Virus genome (UHGV): UHGV-1370141
Length of the DNA: 64,000 nt
DNA from: a virus
Strand: one strand, 5' to 3'
Shown: positions 16,891-26,850 of the stretch, in pieces
How the letters are laid out: each line of letters begins with the position of its first letter
How positions within the stretch are numbered: the stretch's first letter is position 1
Notes under the pieces: generated by a model
The model's database searches: none
What the model was told of the DNA's origin: nothing
The model's input: only the letters and a program-made list of their open reading frames with translations
Position numbers and translations under genes: made by a program

Positions 16891-17511
16891 TTATTTCATT
16901 CCGTTCTGAGAAAGTGTTGTCCCTGCAAGATGCTTAATAACGATCTTGACAGGCAAATTACTATTCTCGTACTGTACTTCGGTTTCAGACAAATCGGTGA
17001 TATCGACAACTTTAGAAGGTACTTTCGCTAAGACAACCCGAATGGTGTGGGTTATCGTACTGGCTGTGGTCTTTGTATTACTAATGTAGAAGTACGCATC
17101 AATAATACCGCCGTCTTCTGCCAGATAAACCAATTTATTTTCCAACAGACACTGGGTATAAATTGACACTCCAGATAATTGCGAAATCCCCAGTCTATTA
17201 TTAACGTCAACTGTTGTTTTGCAGATTACCGCACCACCTGTCAACGTTTTTTCTACCACCATATTTCCCGATAAGGTTTTTGCATCCATTTTTGGTACAA
17301 TCGGATGAGTGCCGTCAACAAACAACCCATCGCTGTTAGACTTAAGGATGTTATTCGCCGACGGACTCACTGTAACCTCGCCACCCCCTAATTTCTCAAT
17401 CGGGAGTTGGTATTCAGTTTGTTCCTTAGACGCTAAGACTACTACACCCGTGATGTCTTCTGAAAGTGTCTCCAGTTCATGAATGCGCACCTTTCCTACC
17501 AGTTCAGCCAT
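16891..17511 (-). CDS. putative short tail fiber/receptor-binding protein with conserved N-terminal anchor domain
   Basis: N-terminus MAELVGKVRIHELETLSEDITGVVVLASKEQTEYQLPIEKL matches the N-termini of the long tail fiber (23767) and of 26851..27312. Confidence 0.55.
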   Translation of the reverse strand: MAELVGKVRIHELETLSEDITGVVVLASKEQTEYQLPIEKLGGGEVTVSPSANNILKSNSDGLFVDGTHPIVPKMDAKTLSGNMVVEKTLTGGAVICKTTVDVNNRLGISQLSGVSIYTQCLLENKLVYLAEDGGIIDAYFYISNTKTTASTITHTIRVVLAKVPSKVVDITDLSETEVQYENSNLPVKIVIKHLAGTTLSQNGMK

Positions 17512-18026
17512 TAGTGGCCTCCGAATGTTAAGACACGGTTATCTGCGGTAACGATTAAATCGTTGTCTTTTACTACAGCGGCTTCTTCATCGTTACCGAA
17601 AACCAGAACGGAGAATTGGCCTTTATAACCTAACGAGTTGGGTGAAACCTGTAACGTTACAGCGTCTTTCCCTACGGTAAATGATTCGTCGGTAAGATCG
17701 TCGGGTTGTAAATTACAACCACAAGCCGCGTTAATTCCGTCGATTAGATCGTGTGCGGTAAAGCCATTACCGGAAACCTTTACCAGAATAGGTTGCTGGT
17801 TTAACCACCGCTCTGCGGTTAAACGGTTGTAATAAATCTGTAACGTTCTGTTGTCCGGACGTTTTATCTTTACAACAGCAGTGGTGTCACGATCCATTTC
17901 GTTACTGGTCTTTACGTCGCTGACTTCAACCTCGTTCTCTTGCAGGTCGAGCTGGAGGTCATGGTTAACCAGTGAAATAACCATGTTAAGTGAAGTTAAC
18001 GACAAATCTGGCGTGAATTGTTCCAC
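17511..18026 (-). CDS. hypothetical protein (paralog of 27278..27841), tail fiber-associated
   Basis: N-terminal ..PDLSLTSLNMVISLVNHDLQLDL.. aligns with ..PDLSLTSAELVVALINHDNGLQL.. of 27278..27841; GTG start preceded by AGGAGG. Confidence 0.5.
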   Translation of the reverse strand: MEQFTPDLSLTSLNMVISLVNHDLQLDLQENEVEVSDVKTSNEMDRDTTAVVKIKRPDNRTLQIYYNRLTAERWLNQQPILVKVSGNGFTAHDLIDGINAACGCNLQPDDLTDESFTVGKDAVTLQVSPNSLGYKGQFSVLVFGNDEEAAVVKDNDLIVTADNRVLTFGGH

Positions 18027-18081
18027 GTATGGTTACCTCCTATGATTGGGGAGACGTAAAATGTTGGCTAAAAACATTTCA

Positions 18082-18090
18082 CCCCCCCCC
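18082..18090. repeat. homopolymeric C9/G9 tract in conserved TCACC-Cn-GATT context
   Basis: Nine consecutive C about 55 nt upstream of the start of 17511..18026; same context as the C10 tract at 5344-5353. Confidence 0.6.
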
Positions 18091-18124
18091 GATTACGTTT
18101 TCAAGCACACTCGCTTGAAAATTA

Positions 18125-18631
18125 TTAACTGATTTTGAAATCTCTTAACGTACCAGTTGATCTCATCACGTTTTGAAAAGCAGTGCTGATGTTATTAGTC
18201 CAGTAGTAATGCTGTCCGTTAATAACCTGCTGATAGGTCAGTGCGCAAGTGTTACCGCCTAGATTTACAGTGATGTTAGAGGCCCTGCCGCCTTGTAAGT
18301 AAACCGCTAAACTAGGCCTTGCGTTGCCAACTACCGTCGTTAACTGTAATTCGATACCTACTAAAGTTCCCACCCCGCAGTTACCCGCGTTTTGAATGGT
18401 CCCCTGATTTTTCTGGTTTAACGGCCAATTTGGTCCTACTGCGCCCCATTTCTTACCTAAAGAATCTCTATATGCGGCAGTTGCAATTTTACAGCCCATA
18501 GATCTTCCCACCATTTGACTCATCATAAAAGGTCTACTCAATCCTAATTTACTACCCGCAGCGCTCATCCACTGTTCGCCCGTTTCATTCCTAGCTGAAG
18601 ATCCGACCCATCCTGACGCTACCCCCCCCAT
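18125..18631 (-). CDS. Gly-rich tail fiber-associated protein (paralog of 18648..19286)
   Basis: N-terminus MGGVASGWVGSSARNETGEQWMSAAGSKLG aligns with the 212-aa neighbour; a G8 homopolymer spans the start codon and codons 2-3. Confidence 0.5.
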   Translation of the reverse strand: MGGVASGWVGSSARNETGEQWMSAAGSKLGLSRPFMMSQMVGRSMGCKIATAAYRDSLGKKWGAVGPNWPLNQKNQGTIQNAGNCGVGTLVGIELQLTTVVGNARPSLAVYLQGGRASNITVNLGGNTCALTYQQVINGQHYYWTNNISTAFQNVMRSTGTLRDFKIS

Positions 18632-18647
18632 CTACCCTCCTTTTTAA

Positions 18648-19286
18648 TTAAACACGTGAACCGTATATTGCACCTACTGCGTCCCATCTTGGCGCATTAC
18701 CAGTAACAGCTTTACCAGCTGCTCCGCCGTTATATTCTGTACCGTTACCATGAGTATTACATCTTCCTCCAGCAGCACCGACATTACCACCCGAACCGCC
18801 TGTATATGCACTAAGAGACCCCTCACCAACAGATCCTCTACCAGGAGCGGAAATAGTACCAGCAGCTGCACCGGAACTCATATGAGAGGAAGACCCACCA
18901 GCACCGCCTGGCGAGTTAGAACCACCGTTGCCTCCTCTGCCGTATACTGTAACCCCAGGATTGATGATGAGTGTAATATACGAATTTGGAAGATTGCTAG
19001 GGAATTCTAAACAAGGAACCCCGCTACTATAAGACACTAAATCCCCTGTAATGGTCACAACGACAGCAGTAGAGCCTAAAGAACGTAAATAGTTAATAAG
19101 AGTATCCTTATTATAGCTATGGTTAGCACCAATAGAATAATGGACCTCTTTTGATTTTCCCGCCAATTGCGACATCCAGCCTGGAACCGGCACACCAAGT
19201 GTGCGCATCGCGCCAGACATCCATTCGTTACCAGCTTCAGCTTTTGCTGAAGAACCAATCCAACCACCTACGCCGACAACTGCCAC
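18648..19286 (-). CDS. Gly-rich tail fiber-associated protein
   Basis: 212 aa with long Gly/Ser/Ala tracts (GGNGGSNSPGGAGGSS...); GTG start overlapping the tail fiber stop by 1 nt. Confidence 0.5.
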   Translation of the reverse strand: MAVVGVGGWIGSSAKAEAGNEWMSGAMRTLGVPVPGWMSQLAGKSKEVHYSIGANHSYNKDTLINYLRSLGSTAVVVTITGDLVSYSSGVPCLEFPSNLPNSYITLIINPGVTVYGRGGNGGSNSPGGAGGSSSHMSSGAAAGTISAPGRGSVGEGSLSAYTGGSGGNVGAAGGRCNTHGNGTEYNGGAAGKAVTGNAPRWDAVGAIYGSRV

Positions 19287-22200
19287 TAGGATCTCCCTTT
19301 GATTTCGTTAACCTCTTGACGCAACGCTTTCATACCCTCTACTAACAGCGCAATAACGCCATTGTAGTTTAGACGTAAACGTTTTTCGCCTGAAATGGCA
19401 TCATCATCCTCAGACACAAGTTCAGGTAACGCTTCTAATGCGTCTTGAGCAATTAGACCTACAGAAGTTTGCCAACCGTCATCCGGATGCTGAATTTCGT
19501 ACAAATAACCAGTTAGTAACTCTAACCGATCCAAAGCCTTATCCAGCTTCACCAGATTACGTTTGTTACGACGGTCAGAACGAATCTGTACGTCGTTAAA
19601 CGAACCGTTACCGCTGCCAGTAACGTTATGACCAAAGGTTACTTGGCCATTAGCGTTATTAAAATACAACGGACGTAGTCCGTTCCAGGAACCCGTTGCA
19701 GCTTGTCCGGCGTCGGTTACTAAGAAATAGGTATTGGCACCATCGTTACGTAACATAAAGCCGTAGTTGCCGTAAGCGATTCGAAAATCAGGGTACTTAG
19801 TGACCAATTTACCGTTAACGGTTAAATCGCCACCTATAGTACCGCCCCCTGACGGTAACGCACCGATGTCACCAGCGTTAGGTTTGTTGTGTGTGCTGTA
19901 AATCAGATAGACGGTACCGTCTGTTAGTCCTGCGGGTTTATTAGCCGTATAGCTTGGCGATGTGTGAATCGTTACGTTGGCATTACTAGTGTAGTCCCAC
20001 TGAATATTAACACCGGTGGCGTAATTACCTATTTCAACATAAATATCGTAAGTGTCACCAGATGTATTCACCCATGCAAAATTAGTGAAGCCGACTGAGG
20101 TCAGTCGCCATAACGCACCAGTAATACCTTTTGGATTCCCATTTCCTGCACGCAGAACCAGCTCAGAGATACCTGCTTGATGCGGGGAACCAACGTTAAA
20201 CCCTGCACCACCAATCAGGCTTATGTAAACCACGGAACTGGCTTGTGGCATCGTTACAGTTGCTAGTTTGAACCATCCGGCACCACCATTAAAAGACACA
20301 GTTGTTGTGTTCGCGGCACCAACATTTCGTAAGAATTTTCTCTTATCTGGAATATCGGCACCGTTCTGTTTCTTCTGCAATGACCCACCGGCCAATTCTA
20401 CAGTTTGGCCAAGATTTAAACTTTCAGCCGTTATTTCGATGTTTTTAGTGCCGTCAAACGCAATACCGTTGATGGTTCTTGCAGTTTGCAACTTTGTTGC
20501 AGTGGCCGCGTTTCCGGTGGTCGACTGATTACCCGTTTGGTTTACTCCAGGAAGATTAACGTCTTTCGTCCCATCGAAAACCACACCACCGATCCTACGT
20601 CCTGTTTGTAACTTGGTAGCGGTTGCTGCATTACCTGTCGTATTCTGGTTGCCTTGCTGGTTAACCCCCGGTAAATTGATATCCCCAGTACCGTCAAAGG
20701 TAACGCCGCCGATTCTGCGAGCGGTTTTCAGTTTCGTCGCGGTAGCGGCGTTGCCGGTAGTATCTTGATTACCTGTGGTATTTACGCCAGGAATACTGTC
20801 ACGGGCAGTATAAACTTGTGCCCAATCTGACCACGGCGCATCTGCCGTATCACGTCGACTACGAATATAAACTGGCGCGTGCGCACCACTCGTGCCCGAC
20901 CAACCAATTAACAACTCGCCTTCGCCTAGCGCAGCAGAACCACCCAAATGCAGTAAGTTACCATAAGCGGTCGGATAACCGTTATTGTAAACTTCGTACA
21001 TCTGAATACCAGGCGTACCTTTGTTTGAACCAGTCAGTGCAGTAACACGTCCACGTCCTACCAACGTGTTGATATTGATGTCTCTAGACCCATCAAATTT
21101 CACACCGTTGATGTTTCGAGCCGTTTGTAATTTGGTTGCGGTTCCCGCGTTCCCAGAGGTGTTTTGATTACCTTGTTGGTTAACACCTGGGAGGTTAACG
21201 TCGCCGCTACCGTCGAAGGCGACCCCACCAATTCTACGTGCCGTCTTTAATTTAGTGGCGGTTGAAGCATTGCCTGTTAACTCACCTGCTAACCCTTTTG
21301 CAAAGGTCTGTTTTTCTGCCCAGGTGTGCGCTGCGTTCAATACAGGCATCTGGCGTGGCGTAATTGTTCGACTACCTTTCTCACCAGCGATACGAACAGC
21401 AAAGAAGCGATAGTTGGCAGTAGACACCGTACTACGCCAAACCAACATGCTCCGACCGGTGCCGGTGTCATCAGACGGCCCTACAAGGATGTTAACTAAG
21501 TTACCGTCAATCACACCCCAATCCATTCCCGCAGGAATATTTTTCATGGTGTTCAACGGTGACGTTAACATCTGACCGGGAACGAAGTCGTAGGTTTGCC
21601 AGTCTAACGGGTCAACCTTAGCAGCTACACCACCAATGCCTAAAACTAACGGAAGTGAATACGAGGTGAAAACCTCTCGCCACCCACTCCAAATGTTACC
21701 CGTACGGATACGTTGGAATTTACGACCTTTAGTTTCTCTACCCGTGCCGTATGTGGTATAATTCTGTTCGACCCCTGTACCGTCTAAGCGTAAGGTAACT
21801 TCACAAACGCCTACCACGGTTTCGCTAGAAGAACCGATAAGTGGACCGTTAGTTGCCTCACCAGTGACACTGAAACGACCCGGTTTAACGAGATCGTTAA
21901 AATTGGCTTTAAAGAAAGCACCGTCAGTCTGATAACCAACCTGAATCCAATCTTCCCATTGTGGGTTTGATGAATCCCACGTTGCAGTCAAACCACGGAC
22001 ATACATTGTGCCACGACGCGTAGTGTATCGCTGCAACCGTCCGAAAAGACCACCTTCCATTACTTCTAGTACGCCTTGCGCGTTACCGCCTTCTTCAGGG
22101 TAATGCCGGTCGAACACCGCTAACGAACTGGACGAGTTCCGCCAGTTACCCATATGCTCAGCGCCACCCAGAGAGTTCAAGTCTATAGAGGTAGACAGTG

Positions 22201-23767
22201 GGCGAACACCAGTGGTTACCATTCTCCACGGTGACCAGGGTCCATTAGTTCCGTTCCACACACCTGACAACATACGGTTGTACACGTTACCATTACGACA
22301 GGTAAAACGTTGCGCGCCACTGTAGTTGCCCGCTTTATACACTTCCAGATAACCGACTGCACCGTCTTCTGGGAAGTGTTTTGCCATCGACGCATTGGTT
22401 GATGTCGACTTAGACCACGTTCCTGTGTAATTAGCATCTGGAGCAAATGTGTTAATATCAGCATCTACAGGCATTTCGCCACGGAAACGCAGGTAGGTAT
22501 CAGGAGATAGGCCGATGTTGCGAGCAAAAGTTTCTTTATCTGGGATATCAGCGCCGTTAGAGTTTTTCTGTAACGCACCATTCGCTTTATCGACGGTAGT
22601 TTTCAAACCCAGGAAGTTAATGATATCCGCCGTCGACCCTTTCGCTAACAAATCGCGCGCAGTCGAGGTGAAATCCGCTAATCCCACCCGATTACTACCG
22701 GTAAAGTAAGGGAGTTTGTTTGCAGCGGTGGTGACTGCGGCAATCGCTGTCAGTAACGGACTTAACGGCTGTTTACCCGCGAGTTGGTTCGTTATCGTTG
22801 TCGCAAAGTTAGGATCGTTTCCTAACGCGGCTGCAATTTCTGATAACGTATCTAACGTCTCGGGTGAAGAGTCCACTAATTCAGCAATCGCTTGCCGTAC
22901 CCATGCCGTCGTTGAGACTGTCGTGTCGTTAGAATCCGCAGCAGGAGTCGGAGCTTTTACTACGCCAGTAAACGTCGGCGAGTGACGGTTTGCTTTTAAC
23001 TGCAAATCATCATTTAACTGCTTAACCGTTGACGGTGTAGCCGCTTCCGTAACCGAGTCACTGGTTAAGGTATTATTAAGTTTAACGATACCTTTACTGG
23101 ACGTTGTTGCATCAACGTTACCTTTTGCAGCGATTTCCTCTGCACGCTTAGCGGCTGCCTCAGAACGCGTTGCCGCATTCTCTGCGGTTTCTTTGTCTGA
23201 GGTAACTTGCGTTGCTGTAGCCTCTACAGAGGCTTTTGACGACTCTACTGACGCGACAGCTTCGTTAACTGCCGTAAGCGACTGTTCTACTTGACCGGCT
23301 TGTGTGGCAACAGTTTCTGCTTTCTTCGTAACGGTAGTCACCGCTTGTGTGACGTTGGCCTCGCTTGCCGCTACCGCTTGTGCTTTCTCATTAACGGACA
23401 CAACCTGGGTATCTACCGCCGTTTTCGCGGCTAACACTTCAGTGTGTTTTGTACCGACCTCAGTTGCTTTTTCGGTTACAGTTTGCGCTTGTTGAGCAAC
23501 CGTAGCCGCAACGGTGTCAGTTTGTTGTTTTGCTGTTTCTGCTAAATTCTTTGCTTGTGTAGCCTGAGTTGCAGCTTCTTGTGATTGTGTTGCTGCTGCT
23601 TGTGCATCAGACACCGCATTACGCACGGTGTCAATATCTGCAACGATCTCACGGACTGGTAACTTATAATCTTTCTCATCTTTGGAGAAAAGTAAAACAC
23701 CTTCACCGATATCCCCGGTGTATGGACGTAAGTCGTGTAAACGAATTTTCTTTACCGCTTTAGCCAT
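19286..23767 (-). CDS. long tail fiber protein with C-terminal intramolecular chaperone (peptidase S74-like) domain
   Basis: 1493 aa; Ala/Thr/Gln-rich N-terminal region after a conserved anchor; five tandem copies of a ~33-aa GN..TATKL.TAR.I.GV.FDG fibre repeat; C-terminus ..DRRNKRNLVKLDKALDRLELLTGYLYE..GLIAQD..NYNGVIALLVEG.. resembles the self-cleaving chaperone of tail fibers. Confidence 0.85.
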   Translation of the reverse strand: MAKAVKKIRLHDLRPYTGDIGEGVLLFSKDEKDYKLPVREIVADIDTVRNAVSDAQAAATQSQEAATQATQAKNLAETAKQQTDTVAATVAQQAQTVTEKATEVGTKHTEVLAAKTAVDTQVVSVNEKAQAVAASEANVTQAVTTVTKKAETVATQAGQVEQSLTAVNEAVASVESSKASVEATATQVTSDKETAENAATRSEAAAKRAEEIAAKGNVDATTSSKGIVKLNNTLTSDSVTEAATPSTVKQLNDDLQLKANRHSPTFTGVVKAPTPAADSNDTTVSTTAWVRQAIAELVDSSPETLDTLSEIAAALGNDPNFATTITNQLAGKQPLSPLLTAIAAVTTAANKLPYFTGSNRVGLADFTSTARDLLAKGSTADIINFLGLKTTVDKANGALQKNSNGADIPDKETFARNIGLSPDTYLRFRGEMPVDADINTFAPDANYTGTWSKSTSTNASMAKHFPEDGAVGYLEVYKAGNYSGAQRFTCRNGNVYNRMLSGVWNGTNGPWSPWRMVTTGVRPLSTSIDLNSLGGAEHMGNWRNSSSSLAVFDRHYPEEGGNAQGVLEVMEGGLFGRLQRYTTRRGTMYVRGLTATWDSSNPQWEDWIQVGYQTDGAFFKANFNDLVKPGRFSVTGEATNGPLIGSSSETVVGVCEVTLRLDGTGVEQNYTTYGTGRETKGRKFQRIRTGNIWSGWREVFTSYSLPLVLGIGGVAAKVDPLDWQTYDFVPGQMLTSPLNTMKNIPAGMDWGVIDGNLVNILVGPSDDTGTGRSMLVWRSTVSTANYRFFAVRIAGEKGSRTITPRQMPVLNAAHTWAEKQTFAKGLAGELTGNASTATKLKTARRIGGVAFDGSGDVNLPGVNQQGNQNTSGNAGTATKLQTARNINGVKFDGSRDININTLVGRGRVTALTGSNKGTPGIQMYEVYNNGYPTAYGNLLHLGGSAALGEGELLIGWSGTSGAHAPVYIRSRRDTADAPWSDWAQVYTARDSIPGVNTTGNQDTTGNAATATKLKTARRIGGVTFDGTGDINLPGVNQQGNQNTTGNAATATKLQTGRRIGGVVFDGTKDVNLPGVNQTGNQSTTGNAATATKLQTARTINGIAFDGTKNIEITAESLNLGQTVELAGGSLQKKQNGADIPDKRKFLRNVGAANTTTVSFNGGAGWFKLATVTMPQASSVVYISLIGGAGFNVGSPHQAGISELVLRAGNGNPKGITGALWRLTSVGFTNFAWVNTSGDTYDIYVEIGNYATGVNIQWDYTSNANVTIHTSPSYTANKPAGLTDGTVYLIYSTHNKPNAGDIGALPSGGGTIGGDLTVNGKLVTKYPDFRIAYGNYGFMLRNDGANTYFLVTDAGQAATGSWNGLRPLYFNNANGQVTFGHNVTGSGNGSFNDVQIRSDRRNKRNLVKLDKALDRLELLTGYLYEIQHPDDGWQTSVGLIAQDALEALPELVSEDDDAISGEKRLRLNYNGVIALLVEGMKALRQEVNEIKGRS
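20450..21300 (-). repeat. tandem in-frame tail-fibre repeats (about 99 nt unit; 3 + 2 copies), approximate bounds
   Basis: Repeated nucleotide blocks encoding GNQ.T.GNA.TATKLQTAR.I.GV.FDG..D.NLPGVNQ within the tail fiber gene. Confidence 0.55.
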
Positions 23768-23800
23768 GATATTTAATTCTCTATCGGGAGCTAAAAGATC

Positions 23801-23824
23801 TGGGGGAGGTAAGCACCTCCCCCA
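23801..23824 (-). other. intergenic G5/C5 hairpin
   Basis: tgggggaggt-aagc-acctccccca between the 1001-aa gene stop and the tail fiber start; no clear T-run. Confidence 0.35.
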
Positions 23825-23844
23825 ACATTTTTATAAGCGGGTTA

Positions 23845-26800
23845 TTATTGCTCCGGTTTTAATGGAACATCTTCTACCGTTAACGTAACGTCTAAGGCCG
23901 CTTGACTGTGGTCAGTAATCGCTAAGTCACGATAAATATTAGCATTGGCTCCGTAGGTTTTATAAGTAACGTAGAGACCTAACGCACGTAGCACTTCCCC
24001 AGTGTAGAACCCATAAGCCATTCCGTTATCAGAAGACTCTCGAGCGGCTGGAGACCACGCTCCATTAATCGGCTTATTCGGAATTGAGGTAATCGTAAAC
24101 CCTTCACCTAACTCCTTAATTGCCGCATTAACCACTTTATCGTAGTTCGGATTCGTTGCACCGGCGAGTAATGCCCAGCAACACCCTGCTAACCACAACC
24201 CACACATATGTGCGGTGAAGTCGTTTTCCACCCAAACAGCTTTATCCGGTGCTGTAGGGAACTCGTTAGGAGTGTGGCCATTAAACCGATCCACAAACCC
24301 ACCTAGCCAATTCACCCAGTTGTCAATATAGCTTGTTAACGCCTCGGGAACGTCTTTACCTCGCAGTTTCAGTTCGTACCAACAGCGACATGCGGCATGA
24401 AACGCACGAGGCTGATACCCTGCCCAAGGATGGTCATCACCCCAATGGAACGTCGTCCAGGTATCCGCTTCTCCGTAGCTGTAGTTGTCCCAACGGTTCC
24501 AGATATAAGCTGCACAACCAGGTCCTAATTCCCCAATTTGCTGTTGGTAAGCCAACTGCGAATCGTACAGGAATTGAATCTGGTTATCTAACCACAGCTT
24601 ATACCGGTCGTCTTTGTGGATACTGTACATAAACGGATACTGATAACCCGGATAAGGCATCCCGTGCCAAGCACCTAACTGTTCCGAACCTTCTAAGTAG
24701 CTGTTCGTGAACGGTATCGTACCCGGACAGTACGCTAACGAATCCAATCGGTAATCTACAATCGTACAATCACCCACTTTTGCATCAAACTCTGCACCAC
24801 CGCGTAAGGCAATACGGAAGGTTAAAATATAACCATCGTCTTTATTAAAGACCGGTGGAACATCGTTAACACAATAGTAAGCAAAGTGCGCATGGTCAAC
24901 CGTAGAGTCAGGAAGAATCGTGACCTGATCCACCTTATCGAAATTCGGTGCTGAAGGTTTAGGGTCAGCGTCTGTGTGGTCTGGCTGATAACCGGAAAGT
25001 GTGGCTTCATCTGGATTCAACGTTACCTGACGCCATTCGTTGTTTGTGTTGGGTAACATCCACCACCAACGCCAGTTATCACTGTCGACTAAACGCAAGT
25101 TAAAATCTGCGTCTGCACGGTAAACAATAGAAACGGGTTTTACCTTCTCTTCAGCGGTTAACCAAAACCCGATAATAAACCCGGCACTGTCATCAGGAAA
25201 TTCAGCTTCTACCACGGTACCCGCGCGACCATCGTAAATGCTATCCTCAAAACGTTCTTCCCATGTACAACCACCATAGTCCGAACACGCACGGGCTTCA
25301 GCTATCAGGTAGTCTCCCCCTTCTGGGGTGGTAATACGGGAAAGTTGGCCTAAGTCAATATCGTACTGTTTAACGGTATTTACCGTAGACCGAGGTAAGG
25401 TTAAACCGTACCAGTTTACTTCCTCGGTATCAGCTTTCGCAGGGTTAATGTTCACCATCGCTTTACAGTAGACAGGATCGCCATTCTTACAAACTCCACC
25501 GTACGTGACACGAAGTTTGGAGTCTTTGTTAATCCTGAATCGAACCGCTTGCTGCTCCATAAAGTGTTGTACCGCTTCAGGCGCATGGATGGTAATGTCT
25601 CCATTCTCATCACGGCCGTAGGTAACACTTACGGTGTCCGGGTAATTGAAGTCGTACGAAATGCCATCCGTAAACGGTGTTTCCGCAGCGGTAGAACGAC
25701 GGAAGAATTTATCTACCGCATCAATATACGTGTACTCGTGTGCTGTGTAGAAAGCACAGTCTAACGCTTGTTTGTATTTCTCTTCACCTGTTATACGCCA
25801 CAGCAAATAACAGGCGTCGATAAACCACAGTTCAGCATCAGCGGCGTTACCGTATTGGTTTTTCGACCCTAAGAACGGTGTGTGGACCGGACGGTTGTGC
25901 CACGGCTCATTACGTTTAAATTCGTAACCGCCGTGTTCGACGGGAAGTTTTACCGCGTAGTTAATTAAATAGACACCGTTTAACTGTGTGTCTTTTAACT
26001 GTACGGTACCTTTATCAGCGTCTGCTAATCCCGTCTCAATAATTTCACTATCCTGGATTTTGTTACCCGTCCAGGCAATTATCCAGTCAACGTCGTATTT
26101 AGGAGCTTTTGTTGCAGACCCGCCCCAAAGCGGGGTGTAACCTGTAGCATTATTTAGCAGTGTTGGCCAATCGACCCAAGCGATGCTTTCGTAAGGCTTA
26201 TCAGGATTAGTAATAACGTGAGTTAAAACGTCTTCCCAATTAATCGACCCTTCTTTGTCTTCCTTGATAATCTGTACATCTGCGTTAATCGCGGCCCAGG
26301 CAGGGTGGCCACGATGTGCAAACGTACAGATATCCAAATACTCTCCCCAGAAAGGTGCACCGTGCGGTATCTTACATTGGCCATTTGTAAACCTTACAGG
26401 AACACATTTATACCCGCCGTTGGTAGGTTCCGTAGGGTGAATAGGATAGTGTGCTAATACCGGTTCTTTCCCGTTTACTAACCAGTTACAAATCCGACGC
26501 TGGGGTGTTGTCGGAATAGGCTGTCCGGCGTAGAAGTACGTGTTGTACGCATCCCAGGCGTGTTTCGCAGCATCTAACCATCTTTCGTCTTTTGTTGCGA
26601 TATACATGTGGCAATAACCGATAATGTGTAACGACTGACCCTCGGTCGTTGCGTCACCATTCGGTTGGTATTCCGCCATGGTATCAGCGATGAAATGACG
26701 GTTATTCGACAGAACACCTTCTTCGTTTTGAATATAGTGTTCGTTGTGCGCGTCGTGAGTCGTTCCCGTATTCCGGGTAACGAAGGATTGGTGTCCGTAA

Positions 26801-26850
26801 GCTAACGATAACGCGTAGCTAATCGCGTGACGCTGAAAATGTTTTCTCAT
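23845..26850 (-). CDS. putative tailspike/depolymerase-like receptor-binding protein (catalytic body lacking its own anchor)
   Basis: 1001 aa, Trp/Tyr-rich, located between anchor-domain genes and the tail fiber; its ATG directly follows, in frame, the TAA of the upstream anchor gene. Confidence 0.5.
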   Translation of the reverse strand: MRKHFQRHAISYALSLAYGHQSFVTRNTGTTHDAHNEHYIQNEEGVLSNNRHFIADTMAEYQPNGDATTEGQSLHIIGYCHMYIATKDERWLDAAKHAWDAYNTYFYAGQPIPTTPQRRICNWLVNGKEPVLAHYPIHPTEPTNGGYKCVPVRFTNGQCKIPHGAPFWGEYLDICTFAHRGHPAWAAINADVQIIKEDKEGSINWEDVLTHVITNPDKPYESIAWVDWPTLLNNATGYTPLWGGSATKAPKYDVDWIIAWTGNKIQDSEIIETGLADADKGTVQLKDTQLNGVYLINYAVKLPVEHGGYEFKRNEPWHNRPVHTPFLGSKNQYGNAADAELWFIDACYLLWRITGEEKYKQALDCAFYTAHEYTYIDAVDKFFRRSTAAETPFTDGISYDFNYPDTVSVTYGRDENGDITIHAPEAVQHFMEQQAVRFRINKDSKLRVTYGGVCKNGDPVYCKAMVNINPAKADTEEVNWYGLTLPRSTVNTVKQYDIDLGQLSRITTPEGGDYLIAEARACSDYGGCTWEERFEDSIYDGRAGTVVEAEFPDDSAGFIIGFWLTAEEKVKPVSIVYRADADFNLRLVDSDNWRWWWMLPNTNNEWRQVTLNPDEATLSGYQPDHTDADPKPSAPNFDKVDQVTILPDSTVDHAHFAYYCVNDVPPVFNKDDGYILTFRIALRGGAEFDAKVGDCTIVDYRLDSLAYCPGTIPFTNSYLEGSEQLGAWHGMPYPGYQYPFMYSIHKDDRYKLWLDNQIQFLYDSQLAYQQQIGELGPGCAAYIWNRWDNYSYGEADTWTTFHWGDDHPWAGYQPRAFHAACRCWYELKLRGKDVPEALTSYIDNWVNWLGGFVDRFNGHTPNEFPTAPDKAVWVENDFTAHMCGLWLAGCCWALLAGATNPNYDKVVNAAIKELGEGFTITSIPNKPINGAWSPAARESSDNGMAYGFYTGEVLRALGLYVTYKTYGANANIYRDLAITDHSQAALDVTLTVEDVPLKPEQ

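Noticed and set aside
20450-21300. Possible CRISPR-like repeat array
   Set aside because: The periodic repeats are in-frame coding repeats within the tail fibre gene (about 99-nt units encoding a fibre motif), not short direct repeats with unique spacers.
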